The notes below the pieces were generated by a model that saw only the letters and a list, made by a program, of their open reading frames with translations, was not told the origin of the DNA and ran no database searches. Below are positions 17,303 through 25,990 of a stretch of DNA of 32,000 nucleotides, one piece after another. This stretch comes from Microbacterium phage Endor. Location: sequence record ON392163.1; one strand, given 5' to 3'. The first letter of the stretch is position 1; each line of letters opens with the position of its first letter. The translations under genes and the position numbers were made by a program.

Positions 17303-19139
17303 CTCCCCAGCACCGGCTGATCGTGACGTCCGCCTTGAGGAAGAACTTGCGCTTGAGGTTGGCATCTGCGGCCTCCAGAGTCTGCTTGACGAGACGCCCG
17401 ACCTTCCGAGCGTTCTTGTAGGGTGCGGTCAGGCACACTGAGTCGTGCACCGTGGTGATGAGCTGAGCGTCCCAGAGCGACATCCTGGCGTCGCGAGCGA
17501 GCTTGCCCAGGGAGATAAGCATGAAGTCAGATCCTGTGCTCTGCACGGGACTGTTGATGGCCTGCCGGAAGGCGTTCTCCTGGACCCAGAAGTCCGAGTC
17601 GTAGACCTTCGGCAAGTGCCGGAACCGGCCGAACTCGTTGTGCACTCCGCCGTACTCGATCGCCTCACGACGCTGCTTGCGATACCACTCCTCGAGGGAG
17701 CTGAACGTCTCGAAGAACTCAGCGCGGAACTTGCCTGCGTCCTTGGGGTTGATGGTGACCCCGTAGTTCTCGAAGACGTAGTCGGCGAAGTGCTTTTCCC
17801 GCATGCCGTAGATGAAGCCGAAGTTGACACCCTTCGCCAGCGACCGGTCCTCCTTGGTCAGGCTGTGCTTGTCCTTGACGAGCTTCAGCGCCATGAAGGT
17901 GTGGATGTCCTCGTCCCGCTCGAACAGGCTGAGCATGGTCTTGTCGCCGGAGAACACGGCTGCCACCCGAAGCTCCAGCTGACCGAAGTCTACCTCGATC
18001 CAGGCGCGTCCCCGTTCCCCGAAGAGGTTACGTGTGGCCTTGTCGCGCGGAATCTGCTGCGAGTTGAGACCGGGCTGTTCCTTGCCGGGACTGCTGCTGC
18101 TGAGCCGACCGGTGACCGTGCCAGTGAGGTTGAAGCTGGTGCTGATACGACCGTTGACCGTACGCTCCTCGATGGGCACCAGGAAGCCAGTGAGCTGCTT
18201 GTACAGGGTCGACCGCTTGATCAGCAGGCGTGCTGCAGGATGGTCGATCTTGCCGAGGTTCTCAGCGCTCAGGCTGGGTGCCCCATCGGGCCACGTCTTG
18301 GTCGGCTTGCCGACTGCAGGGCACTTCGCTCCCTGGTAGACGTAGAGCCACCACTTGGTCCAGTTCGTGTTCCCCCAGTTGACCTTCGACTTCTTGAGGA
18401 AGTCAGGCCAGCGCTCCTTGTCGGGGACACTCTTGTCGAGCTGAGCCTCGATCTCGGCGATCTCCTCCTGGACGCGTGCCTTGGTCTTCTTGACCATGCC
18501 CAGACGCACGGGCATCTGGTTCGCCTCCATCATCTTGAGAGGCTTGACCGCAGGGAGCATGATCTGCTGCATGACGTACACGGGGTTCTCCCCCGGCCGG
18601 AGGTTCTTCCGGATGTAGTTCTTCTGCCACTTGAGCAGGTCACGACCGAGGGCTACGTCCCTGGCCACATACCGAGAGACCTCTGCCTTCCGGACCTTCC
18701 ACTGGGAGCGGGGGATCTTGACCCGGTCCTCCCAGCGCTTGCCGAACCAGTCGGGGAACTGAGTGACGTCGATCTCCTCCTTGCCGTAGCGGAGGATGCG
18801 GTGCCCGAGGTCGTCCAGGCCGACGGTGCGGTTCTCGTCGATGAGATGCGCCATGAACATGGTGTCCCACACCATGCGGACCTGTGCTCCGTCACTCTCG
18901 AGCCACGTCTGATCGAAGCCTGAGTTGTGCGCAGCACCCTTGCGGATGCGGAGCTTGCGGATGTCGGCCTGCCTGCGAGGCCACCAGACGAGAACGTCCT
19001 TGCGGTCCAGAGGGGCGAACGCGATACAGAGGAGCTGGCCCTTGTCGTAGAAGAGGCTCGTGGTCTCGATATCGAAGTAGACGATGTCGTTGGTCTGGTC
19101 AAGGTACTCCTGGACATCAGTCCAGTCGTCGGTGATCAT
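17280..19139 (-). CDS. DNA polymerase, PolA family with 3'-5' exonuclease domain
   Basis: VYFDIETTSL (exo I), NSGFDQTWL (exo II), VDFGQLELRVAAVF (pol motif A), KGVNFGFIYGM (motif B), VHDSV (motif C). Start MITDDWTDVQ. Confidence 0.95.
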   Translation of the reverse strand: MITDDWTDVQEYLDQTNDIVYFDIETTSLFYDKGQLLCIAFAPLDRKDVLVWWPRRQADIRKLRIRKGAAHNSGFDQTWLESDGAQVRMVWDTMFMAHLIDENRTVGLDDLGHRILRYGKEEIDVTQFPDWFGKRWEDRVKIPRSQWKVRKAEVSRYVARDVALGRDLLKWQKNYIRKNLRPGENPVYVMQQIMLPAVKPLKMMEANQMPVRLGMVKKTKARVQEEIAEIEAQLDKSVPDKERWPDFLKKSKVNWGNTNWTKWWLYVYQGAKCPAVGKPTKTWPDGAPSLSAENLGKIDHPAARLLIKRSTLYKQLTGFLVPIEERTVNGRISTSFNLTGTVTGRLSSSSPGKEQPGLNSQQIPRDKATRNLFGERGRAWIEVDFGQLELRVAAVFSGDKTMLSLFERDEDIHTFMALKLVKDKHSLTKEDRSLAKGVNFGFIYGMREKHFADYVFENYGVTINPKDAGKFRAEFFETFSSLEEWYRKQRREAIEYGGVHNEFGRFRHLPKVYDSDFWVQENAFRQAINSPVQSTGSDFMLISLGKLARDARMSLWDAQLITTVHDSVCLTAPYKNARKVGRLVKQTLEAADANLKRKFFLKADVTISRCWGGEALAEF

Positions 19140-19193
19140 GAATTGCAAGCGGGGCTCCTGCAGGTGATGTGGAACTTGAGTTGTGGAACTACG

Positions 19194-19269
19194 TGGATGC
19201 CGGGGAATCGAACCCCGAGCAAGCTTCCAGCACACCGTCGCTTGCTTCCGGCCGGGTGAGGCCGCATCC
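19194..19269 (-). other. tRNA-like cloverleaf element, not assignable to an isotype
   Basis: GGATGC/GCATCC acceptor pairing, canonical T arm CGGGG-TTCGATT-CCCCG, GGCC-TCACCC-GGCC arm, AGCAAGC/GCTTGCT arm with 15 nt loop. Confidence 0.45.
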
Positions 19270-19298
19270 TACCCCTCGATGGATCCCTCGAGGATGGG

Positions 19299-19339
19299 GA
19301 ACCCCCGGCCACCTGTTCGGGTTAGGTGACCGGGGGTTC
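19299..19339 (-). terminator. Strong terminator-like hairpin
   Basis: GAACCCCCGG-C-CACCT ... AGGTG-A-CCGGGGGTTC, 6 nt past the stop of the 19346-19792 gene. Confidence 0.75.
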
Positions 19340-19345
19340 GTCTTG

Positions 19346-19792
19346 TCAGGCGCGAGCCGGACGCTTGCGAGCCGAGGCCGCAGCGGGCTTCGCAGCCGAG
19401 GAACGCGCGGGACGCTTCGCCGGAGCGGGCTTCTCGGCCGGAGCCGCCTTCGCCGCCGGAGCCTTCTTGGCGGGAGCGGCCTTGGCGACCGGCTTCGGCT
19501 CCTCGTGAGCGGGCTTCTCGATCTCCCAGCCCGTCGGCAGCTCGTCGACGTTGGCGATGGCCCGATCGACGAGGCCGTCGAAGTCGCCCGCCTCGATGCT
19601 CTCGACGAACGCCTGCCAGGCGATCGCTCGCATGGCCTTGTAGCGGTTCTTCTGGACGTCGATGCCGTGGGCCTCGATGACCGCCAGGATGCCGTCGTTG
19701 ACGATCTGCTTGAGCGTCGGCTCCGAGGTCTCCTCGGTCTCGACCGCCTCGTCCTCGAGGACGGCTGCCTTGGTGCTGTTCTTCGTGGCCAT
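19346..19792 (-). CDS. Basic protein with histone H1-like Ala/Lys/Pro tail
   Basis: Acidic/helical N-terminus, tail AKAAPAKKAPAAKAAPAEKPAPAKRPARSSAAKPAAASARKRPARA. Confidence 0.75.
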   Translation of the reverse strand: MATKNSTKAAVLEDEAVETEETSEPTLKQIVNDGILAVIEAHGIDVQKNRYKAMRAIAWQAFVESIEAGDFDGLVDRAIANVDELPTGWEIEKPAHEEPKPVAKAAPAKKAPAAKAAPAEKPAPAKRPARSSAAKPAAASARKRPARA

Positions 19793-19976
19793 GATGTTCT
19801 CCTTGTTCGTTGGCCGGACTTTGGGTTGTGTCAGTTTGACTAGCCCTCGGTGTTAGAATCCTGTGTCGGTTTCGAAGTTGTTGAAGAGGCTGTACTTGCT
19901 GACATGTACAACTATGCCTGACGCCTGCGCAGAGCGCAAGTCCTGGGTGAAAATTTCCTGGGGAATTTTTAGATCC

Positions 19977-21365
19977 TTAGCTGCGGTAGGCCAAACGAGG
20001 CCGCTCCTTGATGCGCTTGACCACTTGGTTGAGGTGATCGTGGTTCACCATGAGGGTCTGCCATACGTCCTCGTCGACGGTTCCCTTGCCACACAGGAAC
20101 CACACGGTCGGGCTGGCAGGGGACAGCTTGATACGGTCCGACGCCTGCTTGAACGTGATGTAGTTGAAGTCGCTGGTGTACCAGATGAGGTCGTTGGCCA
20201 CACTGATGTCCACGGCCATCGCAACGGTCCTGGGCTGGACGAGGAGGACCTTGCAGTCGGGGTCGTACTGGAAGTCCCTGATCACCCGGTCTCGATCCTG
20301 CACGGACCCCTGGATGACCTGGTGGCCGATGCGCCTGCGGGTCAGCCAGCGGCGGACGAGCTTGATCTCCCACGTGTGGGTTGCCGCGATGATGACCTTA
20401 CCCTGGCACCGACCCAGCACCGTCCCCAGGGCCGCGAGACGCTTGCGTGCTGCTGCGGGTATGGTGTGGCTCTGCCCCTCGTCGTCCTTGACCCACCCAG
20501 CGACGAGGGTGCGCATGCGCAGGAGCCGGGTCAGCGGGTTCAGGGCCGCGACCGTGTAGTCGTCGACCTCGAGCACGCCTTCCTTGAACAGCTCCTTGAG
20601 CTGCGCACTGATGTCCTCGGGAACCGGGTAGTTGACCTTGCGGATGGGCACGGGGTCGCCCGGTCCGACCATCGTGATGACGTTCGGCTGGAGGTACGCA
20701 TTGAGCTCGACCTGGTTCCGCGGACGGATCAGCTCGGGGAAGCCCTTGACGTTGGTCCACTCGCCGAAGTGCTCACGGAAGTCCCTGGCACCCGGCCAGA
20801 GGTCCCGGATGCTGGGGTCGACGAACGTCCACTGACCGTACACTGCGTCGATCTGGCTGGGGTTCGTGACAGGCGTCCCGGTCATCAGGAGCCGGTAGTG
20901 CCAGTCTGCTGCCAGCGGCCGGATGTTCTTGCCGATGACTCCGTTCGGCGTCTTGATGATGTGACTCTCGTCCAGAAGCATCATGCCCTGCCCCTTGCAG
21001 TGCTGGGACATCTGCTTGAGGAAGGGCTTGAGCTTGGCGAAGGGCCGCTTGGCGAACTGATCGTAGTTCACGAAGAGGATGGCCGTGCTGCGGAACATGC
21101 CGGTGACCGGGTACTTGGCTCCGTCGGTCAGCGAGTGGTAGCTGTACGGGATGTCGAGCCACTTCGCCGCTTCGGTTCTCCATGTGGCCTCGGCGATCTT
21201 CGGCCCGACCACCACGGCCACACGAGGACGGACGTGCTCGATCCACTTGAGAGCGACTGCAGTCTTCCCTGAACGCGGCTCAGCCCAGAGGGCCGCGAAG
21301 TGCCTACCGGGTTCGGTAAGGCGCTCCAGGGCGACCCTCTGGGAGTCTCTGAGCTGAAGTGTCAC
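19977..21365 (-). CDS. SNF2/DEAD-type helicase
   Basis: EPRSGKTAVALKWI (motif I), LLDESHIIK (II), LLMTGTPVTN (III), late motifs around ASDRI. GTG at 21365 gives a GTGA overlap with the upstream gene stop. Confidence 0.9.
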   Translation of the reverse strand: MTLQLRDSQRVALERLTEPGRHFAALWAEPRSGKTAVALKWIEHVRPRVAVVVGPKIAEATWRTEAAKWLDIPYSYHSLTDGAKYPVTGMFRSTAILFVNYDQFAKRPFAKLKPFLKQMSQHCKGQGMMLLDESHIIKTPNGVIGKNIRPLAADWHYRLLMTGTPVTNPSQIDAVYGQWTFVDPSIRDLWPGARDFREHFGEWTNVKGFPELIRPRNQVELNAYLQPNVITMVGPGDPVPIRKVNYPVPEDISAQLKELFKEGVLEVDDYTVAALNPLTRLLRMRTLVAGWVKDDEGQSHTIPAAARKRLAALGTVLGRCQGKVIIAATHTWEIKLVRRWLTRRRIGHQVIQGSVQDRDRVIRDFQYDPDCKVLLVQPRTVAMAVDISVANDLIWYTSDFNYITFKQASDRIKLSPASPTVWFLCGKGTVDEDVWQTLMVNHDHLNQVVKRIKERPRLAYRS

Positions 21366-21493
21366 GGGGTTCCATCCGGGTGCTCGATGCCGCAGACACG
21401 GCAGGCGTACACGTAGTCGTTGGGTTGCCAGCTCGAGCCGACGAACTCGTACCCCCATCGGTGGAAGCCGAGCCAGCACAGCAGGCGGCTCAC
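21362..21493 (-). CDS. Small zinc-ribbon-like protein, 43 aa (DUF1660-like)
   Basis: MSRLLCWLGFHRWGYEFVGSSWQPNDYVYACRVCGIEHPDGTP; GTG start, GTGA overlaps at both ends. Confidence 0.65.
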   Translation of the reverse strand: MSRLLCWLGFHRWGYEFVGSSWQPNDYVYACRVCGIEHPDGTP

Positions 21494-21690
21494 GGCTTGA
21501 CTCCCTTGCCTGCGAAGAACAGCTCCTCGACGTTGGCGTGGAACGCCGACTGCTTGCGCTCCATGAACCGGAAGTCCTGCACGGGTCGCAGGGATCGCTT
21601 GTTCGCCTCTGCCTCGGCCAACTCCTTGACCGTCTCTGCGGGCGTCCCCTTGCCGACCTGCAGGACCACCACGATGATGTCTGCTTTCAT
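21490..21690 (-). CDS. Hypothetical protein, 66 aa
   Basis: Overlaps flanking genes by 4 nt, good GC3 pattern. Confidence 0.65.
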   Translation of the reverse strand: MKADIIVVVLQVGKGTPAETVKELAEAEANKRSLRPVQDFRFMERKQSAFHANVEELFFAGKGVKP

Positions 21691-21959
21691 CGCCGGAACG
21701 CCTCCCTGAACCCCTCGGCGATGCTGTTCGCCGCGTCACTGAGCGCACGGGCCATCTCGCCGTAGGCACGGCCTACAGCCCGAGCGTTGTCCTGAGCCGT
21801 CGCCCATGCCTGTTCGCGGGCTTCGCGGTCGACCTTGGCTGCGTACTCCTCGGGCGTCATGCCCTCGATCCGGGCCAGTGCGATGAGCACGTTGCGCCGG
21901 ATGTTCATCTTGATACGGAACTCCGCCTCGCGGAACTCCTTGTCGAGATCGAATGCCAT
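21687..21959 (-). CDS. Hypothetical helical protein, 90 aa
   Basis: Tightly packed ORF in the operon. Confidence 0.65.
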   Translation of the reverse strand: MAFDLDKEFREAEFRIKMNIRRNVLIALARIEGMTPEEYAAKVDREAREQAWATAQDNARAVGRAYGEMARALSDAANSIAEGFREAFRR

Positions 21960-22237
21960 TAGAACTCCTTGAGGGTTGCTACTATGCGGAAGTGGATGAC
22001 GTTGCTGGAGAGGTCCTCGTCACGCTGCTCGTCGAAGGACCAGTAGTACCCAGGGGGAGCCTCGGGGAGCAGACGGTACAGGCGGGCCATCTCGGCGTTC
22101 AGCTTGTCAGCCAGGCTCTGGATGATGCCGTTCGACGGACTGAACCGCATGTCGTCCAGGTCCACGTCCAGGGTGTGGCCCTTCAGCTGGAGCTTCTCGA
22201 CAGGGATGTCCCAGAAGCGTCTGCTCCCCGCGCTCAT
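21959..22237 (-). CDS. Hypothetical protein, 92 aa
   Basis: Tightly packed ORF in the operon. Confidence 0.65.
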   Translation of the reverse strand: MSAGSRRFWDIPVEKLQLKGHTLDVDLDDMRFSPSNGIIQSLADKLNAEMARLYRLLPEAPPGYYWSFDEQRDEDLSSNVIHFRIVATLKEF

Positions 22238-23142
22238 CAGGCGACCCGCTCTTCGGTCTCCGGGTCGACCCAGCCCTGCTCCTCGAGGATGAAGCGGAGG
22301 TTCGGCTTGTAGTAGTGCGGACCCTTCTTGACGCGACCCGGGAAGACCCCGTCAGGGTCGTTCGGGCCAGCGATGATGGGCTGGCCGTCGTCCCCGAGCT
22401 TGGACATGTTGCTGCCCTGGACCTCGTCGTACCCCGGCTCGGCCTCCATGCCCGCGCGGTTGAGAGCACCGTAGGTCACGTACAGGATGTCGATGAGCGC
22501 GTCGTAGATCTCCACCACGTCCGCCTCACCGTCGACCGCGATGCTCTCGAACTTGCCGTCCGGGGTGAACGTGACACGCGCACCCAGGGCCGGGATCAGC
22601 TCGTCGATGAACTCCTCACGGATGAGCTCGATGACCACGGGCACGTCCGAGGCAGGGATGGCCTGCGGAGAGCCTGCACTGGGGATGCGCATCGCGTTGT
22701 GGAACGCGCGGTTCTGGCGCTGTGCCTTGTGCCCCTGCTCCGCCATGAACGCGGCTCTGGTGTGGCCCTCCGCGTACGCCTGGATGATGGCCCACTGCTC
22801 CGCCGTGAAGACCTGGTCACCCAGCTCCACGCGGAAGTCGGTGGTCGGCCTGCGCACGAGCAGGTAGTCTCCGCCGACGGTCGCACCCAGCACGTCGAAC
22901 TCGTGCTCGAACTCCTGCTCGGTGCACCGTCCGAACTTGCCAGGACCGTACTTGACGATGAAGTCGCTCGGAACTGCCGTCTGCGACTTGCCGTCCTGGT
23001 CGGTGAAGAGGACCCACTTGCCGTCAGCAGCACTGTCGATGACGCGACCGTTCACCCAGGAGGCGACCTCCTTGGCGTTGAGGACGTTCAGGCGGAGAGC
23101 CTCGACGGACGGGTGACGGGTAGGGTAGAACGCGGTGTTCAC
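22237..23142 (-). CDS. MazG/HisE-like NTP pyrophosphohydrolase domain protein
   Basis: VIELIREEFIDELIPAL...DVVEIYDALIDILYVTYGALNRAG matches the all-alpha NTP-PPase EExxE..D pattern. Confidence 0.7.
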   Translation of the reverse strand: MNTAFYPTRHPSVEALRLNVLNAKEVASWVNGRVIDSAADGKWVLFTDQDGKSQTAVPSDFIVKYGPGKFGRCTEQEFEHEFDVLGATVGGDYLLVRRPTTDFRVELGDQVFTAEQWAIIQAYAEGHTRAAFMAEQGHKAQRQNRAFHNAMRIPSAGSPQAIPASDVPVVIELIREEFIDELIPALGARVTFTPDGKFESIAVDGEADVVEIYDALIDILYVTYGALNRAGMEAEPGYDEVQGSNMSKLGDDGQPIIAGPNDPDGVFPGRVKKGPHYYKPNLRFILEEQGWVDPETEERVA

Positions 23143-23801
23143 TGGGGGTTTCCCTTTCTCTCGCGGCGGACGAGCCGCTGCTCTTTCTCGAAGTTGTCGG
23201 TCATGCGGTCGACCTCGTCCCAGTTGATGAGACGCGGGTCCTTGGGGTCCTCGCTCGAGAACGGGCTGAGAACGATGGTGAGGGCTTCGGCGAAGCCTCG
23301 AGCCTCCTGTGCTGCCAGCTTCTTAGCCTGCGGGTCCTCTTCGTCCTCAGCCATCTTAGCCAGCTCGTTGTAGGTGTTGTACAGCTTCCTGAGCATGTAC
23401 GCACCTACCACATCACCGGCCTTGAGGACTGAGTTGAAGCGGACCCGCTTGTCGGGGATGTGCTGGAAGGCACTGGTCGTGAGGTAGCGGGCGATCTCCT
23501 CGCTGGTCTCGTGGCCTGCGTCGAGCGCTGCCTCGATGCCGTCGGCGATGGTGTCGATGGTGGTGGCACCACGCTCCATCTCCTCCCGGTTGTCCACGAC
23601 GGCGAAGATGATGCCCTGGCCGGTGAACGTGGTCGCGTCTGCCTTCGGTGTGGCATGCGCACGTGACTTCTTGGCCATCGGCTGCTCCTTTCCGTACTTC
23701 TGGATGATGAGACCCTGGTCCCGTAGGCGGGTCAGTTCGGCTGATGCTTCGCGTCGCTCTGCTGCGGGCAGAAGCTTGTCGGTTGCCTTGGTGATCAGCA
23801 C
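23139..23801 (-). CDS. Hypothetical protein; start uncertain (GTG 23801/23807 or ATG 23678)
   Basis: ORF to 23139; ATG 23678 has AAGGAG upstream, but the extension to 23801 also looks coding. Confidence 0.6.
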   Translation of the reverse strand: MLITKATDKLLPAAERREASAELTRLRDQGLIIQKYGKEQPMAKKSRAHATPKADATTFTGQGIIFAVVDNREEMERGATTIDTIADGIEAALDAGHETSEEIARYLTTSAFQHIPDKRVRFNSVLKAGDVVGAYMLRKLYNTYNELAKMAEDEEDPQAKKLAAQEARGFAEALTIVLSPFSSEDPKDPRLINWDEVDRMTDNFEKEQRLVRRERKGNPQ

Positions 23802-23835
23802 CCCCACCTGAAACAGATGGTCCTGGTGGGGGTGC
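23798..23835 (-). terminator. Hairpin after the kinase gene
   Basis: GCACCCCCACC / GGTGGGGGTGC, 11 bp perfect stem. Confidence 0.65.
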
Positions 23836-23844
23836 CAGGCCACA

Positions 23845-24426
23845 CTAGCCGATCTTGGAGTCGGCATACCGCAGGAGCTCGAGGAGGCTGGGGCCATCGT
23901 TGACGAGGGCCTCGTAGCTGCTGCCCCACGGGAAGCCGGGAGCGCTGAAGATCGCCATGCGACGGCTGAAGCCCTTCTCCGGGTCGTGGGTGACCTCGAA
24001 GGCCGTGACCGTCTTGAACAGGCTGTAGTCCCAGGCGTGGTTGAGGCCTGCGAGGAGGTCGACGTAGTGATAGTACGCCTGGTTGACCTTGGTGGAGTGC
24101 TCCATGTTGTAGCCCTCCCCCTCAGCCTCGGGGATGATCTGCGGGCTGTGCACCGACAGGACGAGATGCGTGTCGGGCATCGCGAACACGGTGCGGATGC
24201 GCTCGTCGTTCCACTCCTTGTCCGGCATGGCCAGACGGTACATCATGTGCGTGAGCCAGTCGATCCGGTCGAACGTCTGGACCAGAGTCGGCTCGCCTGC
24301 GAGGTCGGCGCGGACTGCTGCGTAGTTCTCCTTGGTCGCGTTGTAGACCGGCTTGTGGTTGTACGACAGCTCCGTGGAAAGCGTCGTCTTGCCGACCTCG
24401 TCGGGACCTTCGAATGCGATGAGCAT
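23845..24426 (-). CDS. P-loop deoxynucleoside monophosphate kinase-like (thymidylate kinase-like) protein
   Basis: MLIAFEGPDEVGKTTLSTEL Walker A, FDRIDWLTHMMY. Confidence 0.8.
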   Translation of the reverse strand: MLIAFEGPDEVGKTTLSTELSYNHKPVYNATKENYAAVRADLAGEPTLVQTFDRIDWLTHMMYRLAMPDKEWNDERIRTVFAMPDTHLVLSVHSPQIIPEAEGEGYNMEHSTKVNQAYYHYVDLLAGLNHAWDYSLFKTVTAFEVTHDPEKGFSRRMAIFSAPGFPWGSSYEALVNDGPSLLELLRYADSKIG

Positions 24427-24439
24427 GGGGCATTACTCC

Positions 24440-25372
24440 TTAGATGAGGTTGTCCAGAAGGACTTCGATGGGGGAGGAGTTGGTGTCTCTGTACCACTTC
24501 GGCCAGTTTACACCAATCCTCATGATTCCGCCAAGCTTGTTCCTGACGGAGGCCTTGAGGTACGGGTACATCTTCGGGTACGCGTACGCTGCGTTCTCCA
24601 GGTCCGGGGTCCGTGCGACCTCGTCCTGGGGGTCGAGGGGAATGGTCGTCTCGATCGTGCCGTTCTGGTCGTAGGCCACACCAGGAAGCGTGAACCAGTC
24701 CCATCCGCGGTCCATGGTGTCGAGGCACATGCTGAGGTCCTCGCCGTGGTTCCGGTAGTCCTTGTGGCAGGTCCGCCACTGGAACCGCTGAACGTCGATG
24801 AAGAGGACGCAGGCGGGGAAGCTGCCCTTGTTGATGGTGGCACCGACGGCAGGGTTCACGTCGCCGCTGAAGAGCGCGTTGCGTGCTGCCCCGTAGGCGA
24901 CGGTCGGGCTGTGCTTGAAGACCCTGCTGGCGATGAGGCAGGCGACTGCCAGGCTGCGCACCAGGAGCATCGGCTCGGGGATGCCTGAGACGTTCGCGCT
25001 GTGCCTACGGGTGTGGTCGGTCTTGCCGGGGCGAGCGATGCGCTCGAGGAGGGACACGTGCCAGACATCGTCGTCGAGCATCACGATGCGCTCGTAGTGA
25101 CGCTTCTCAGCGTCCCGCAGGCACACGGCTCGGGCAGGGCCGATACCGTAGGGTGCGCGCTGAGGCACGATGGTGGCCCACGGGTAGGTCTCCTTGTAGG
25201 TCTGGAACTCCGTGTCCCGGACCACGATGTGCACCCGACGCTTCACCGAGACCGAGGCCTCCTTCAGCATCTCGAGGAGCGGAGCCGTGCCAGCTCGGTT
25301 GTAGCTCGGGATGTAGATCGGGTACAGCCATGAGGCCTTCGCCGACTTCAGGTACGTGATGTGCTTATTCAC
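24440..25372 (-). CDS. Glycosyltransferase-like protein (GT-A fold)
   Basis: YIPSYNRAG N-terminal motif, IVMLDDDVWH DxD-type motif, CLDTMDRGWDWFTLPGVAYD. Confidence 0.7.
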   Translation of the reverse strand: MNKHITYLKSAKASWLYPIYIPSYNRAGTAPLLEMLKEASVSVKRRVHIVVRDTEFQTYKETYPWATIVPQRAPYGIGPARAVCLRDAEKRHYERIVMLDDDVWHVSLLERIARPGKTDHTRRHSANVSGIPEPMLLVRSLAVACLIASRVFKHSPTVAYGAARNALFSGDVNPAVGATINKGSFPACVLFIDVQRFQWRTCHKDYRNHGEDLSMCLDTMDRGWDWFTLPGVAYDQNGTIETTIPLDPQDEVARTPDLENAAYAYPKMYPYLKASVRNKLGGIMRIGVNWPKWYRDTNSSPIEVLLDNLI

Positions 25373-25589
25373 TGCATGGCCTCCAGCCGTCCCACTCGAA
25401 TTCGCCTCGGTAGGTTGTCGCCGAGTAGTGCCCTGTCCTTGTAGGCACCGACTCGTAGTGTTGGTTGATGATGTCGTCGAGCTGGTCCGGCCACCGGAGA
25501 GGCACCGTGATGGTGAAGCACTTGAGGCCCTCGGGGATGGCGACGTGCTGGTCGTGCAGCGGCCCTCCGTTGAGGTGGATGCTCTGCAT
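25365..25589 (-). CDS. Hypothetical protein, 74 aa
   Basis: Overlaps the glycosyltransferase gene start by 8 nt. Confidence 0.6.
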   Translation of the reverse strand: MQSIHLNGGPLHDQHVAIPEGLKCFTITVPLRWPDQLDDIINQHYESVPTRTGHYSATTYRGEFEWDGWRPCSE

Positions 25590-25614
25590 GGTGTGGCCTT
25601 CCAGACATAGAGAA

Positions 25615-25643
25615 GGGGAGCTGACGTCGTCAGCCAGCTCCCC
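25615..25643 (-). terminator. Hairpin between small ORFs
   Basis: GGGGAGCTG ... CAGCTCCCC, 9 bp perfect stem. Confidence 0.6.
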
Positions 25644-25651
25644 CTCGGTGG

Positions 25652-25990
25652 TCAGATGAGCTTGGTCGGCTGCTTGCGCTTGCGACTGGGACCCGCGTAG
25701 GGCTTGCGCTCGATGGCTCGGATGACGTAGTCGACCCCTGCCATGAACGCCATGCCCGACCCGCTGAACTGCGAGCCGTAGAGGGACTCGGCCACATCAG
25801 ATGCGGCGTCCTGGACCTGAGCCCTGCGGAGGCCGCTGGTCTGGGGCAGGATGCCCCGGATGGCCTTCCAGAAGCCGACCAGGATGGCGAACACCAGGAT
25901 CAGCGCGCCGACCACGGCCAGAGCCCAGAACACCCAGAGCAGCATGACCCAGAGCCACTCCCACGGGTCGCCCGCTTCCAGCGGGTTCAC
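25652..25990 (-). CDS. Membrane protein, about 112 aa
   Basis: Long hydrophobic segment WLWVMLLWVFWALAVVGALILVFAILVGFW; GTG start with GTGA overlap. Confidence 0.65.
   Translation of the reverse strand: MNPLEAGDPWEWLWVMLLWVFWALAVVGALILVFAILVGFWKAIRGILPQTSGLRRAQVQDAASDVAESLYGSQFSGSGMAFMAGVDYVIRAIERKPYAGPSRKRKQPTKLI

Noticed and set aside
17445-18923. 492 aa + strand ORF opposite the DNA polymerase
   Set aside because: Shadow ORF; the - strand has all PolA motifs.
19863-21272. 469 aa + strand ORF opposite the helicase gene
   Set aside because: Antisense shadow of a clear helicase CDS; GC3 bias produces long antisense ORFs and no RBS or family motif is present.
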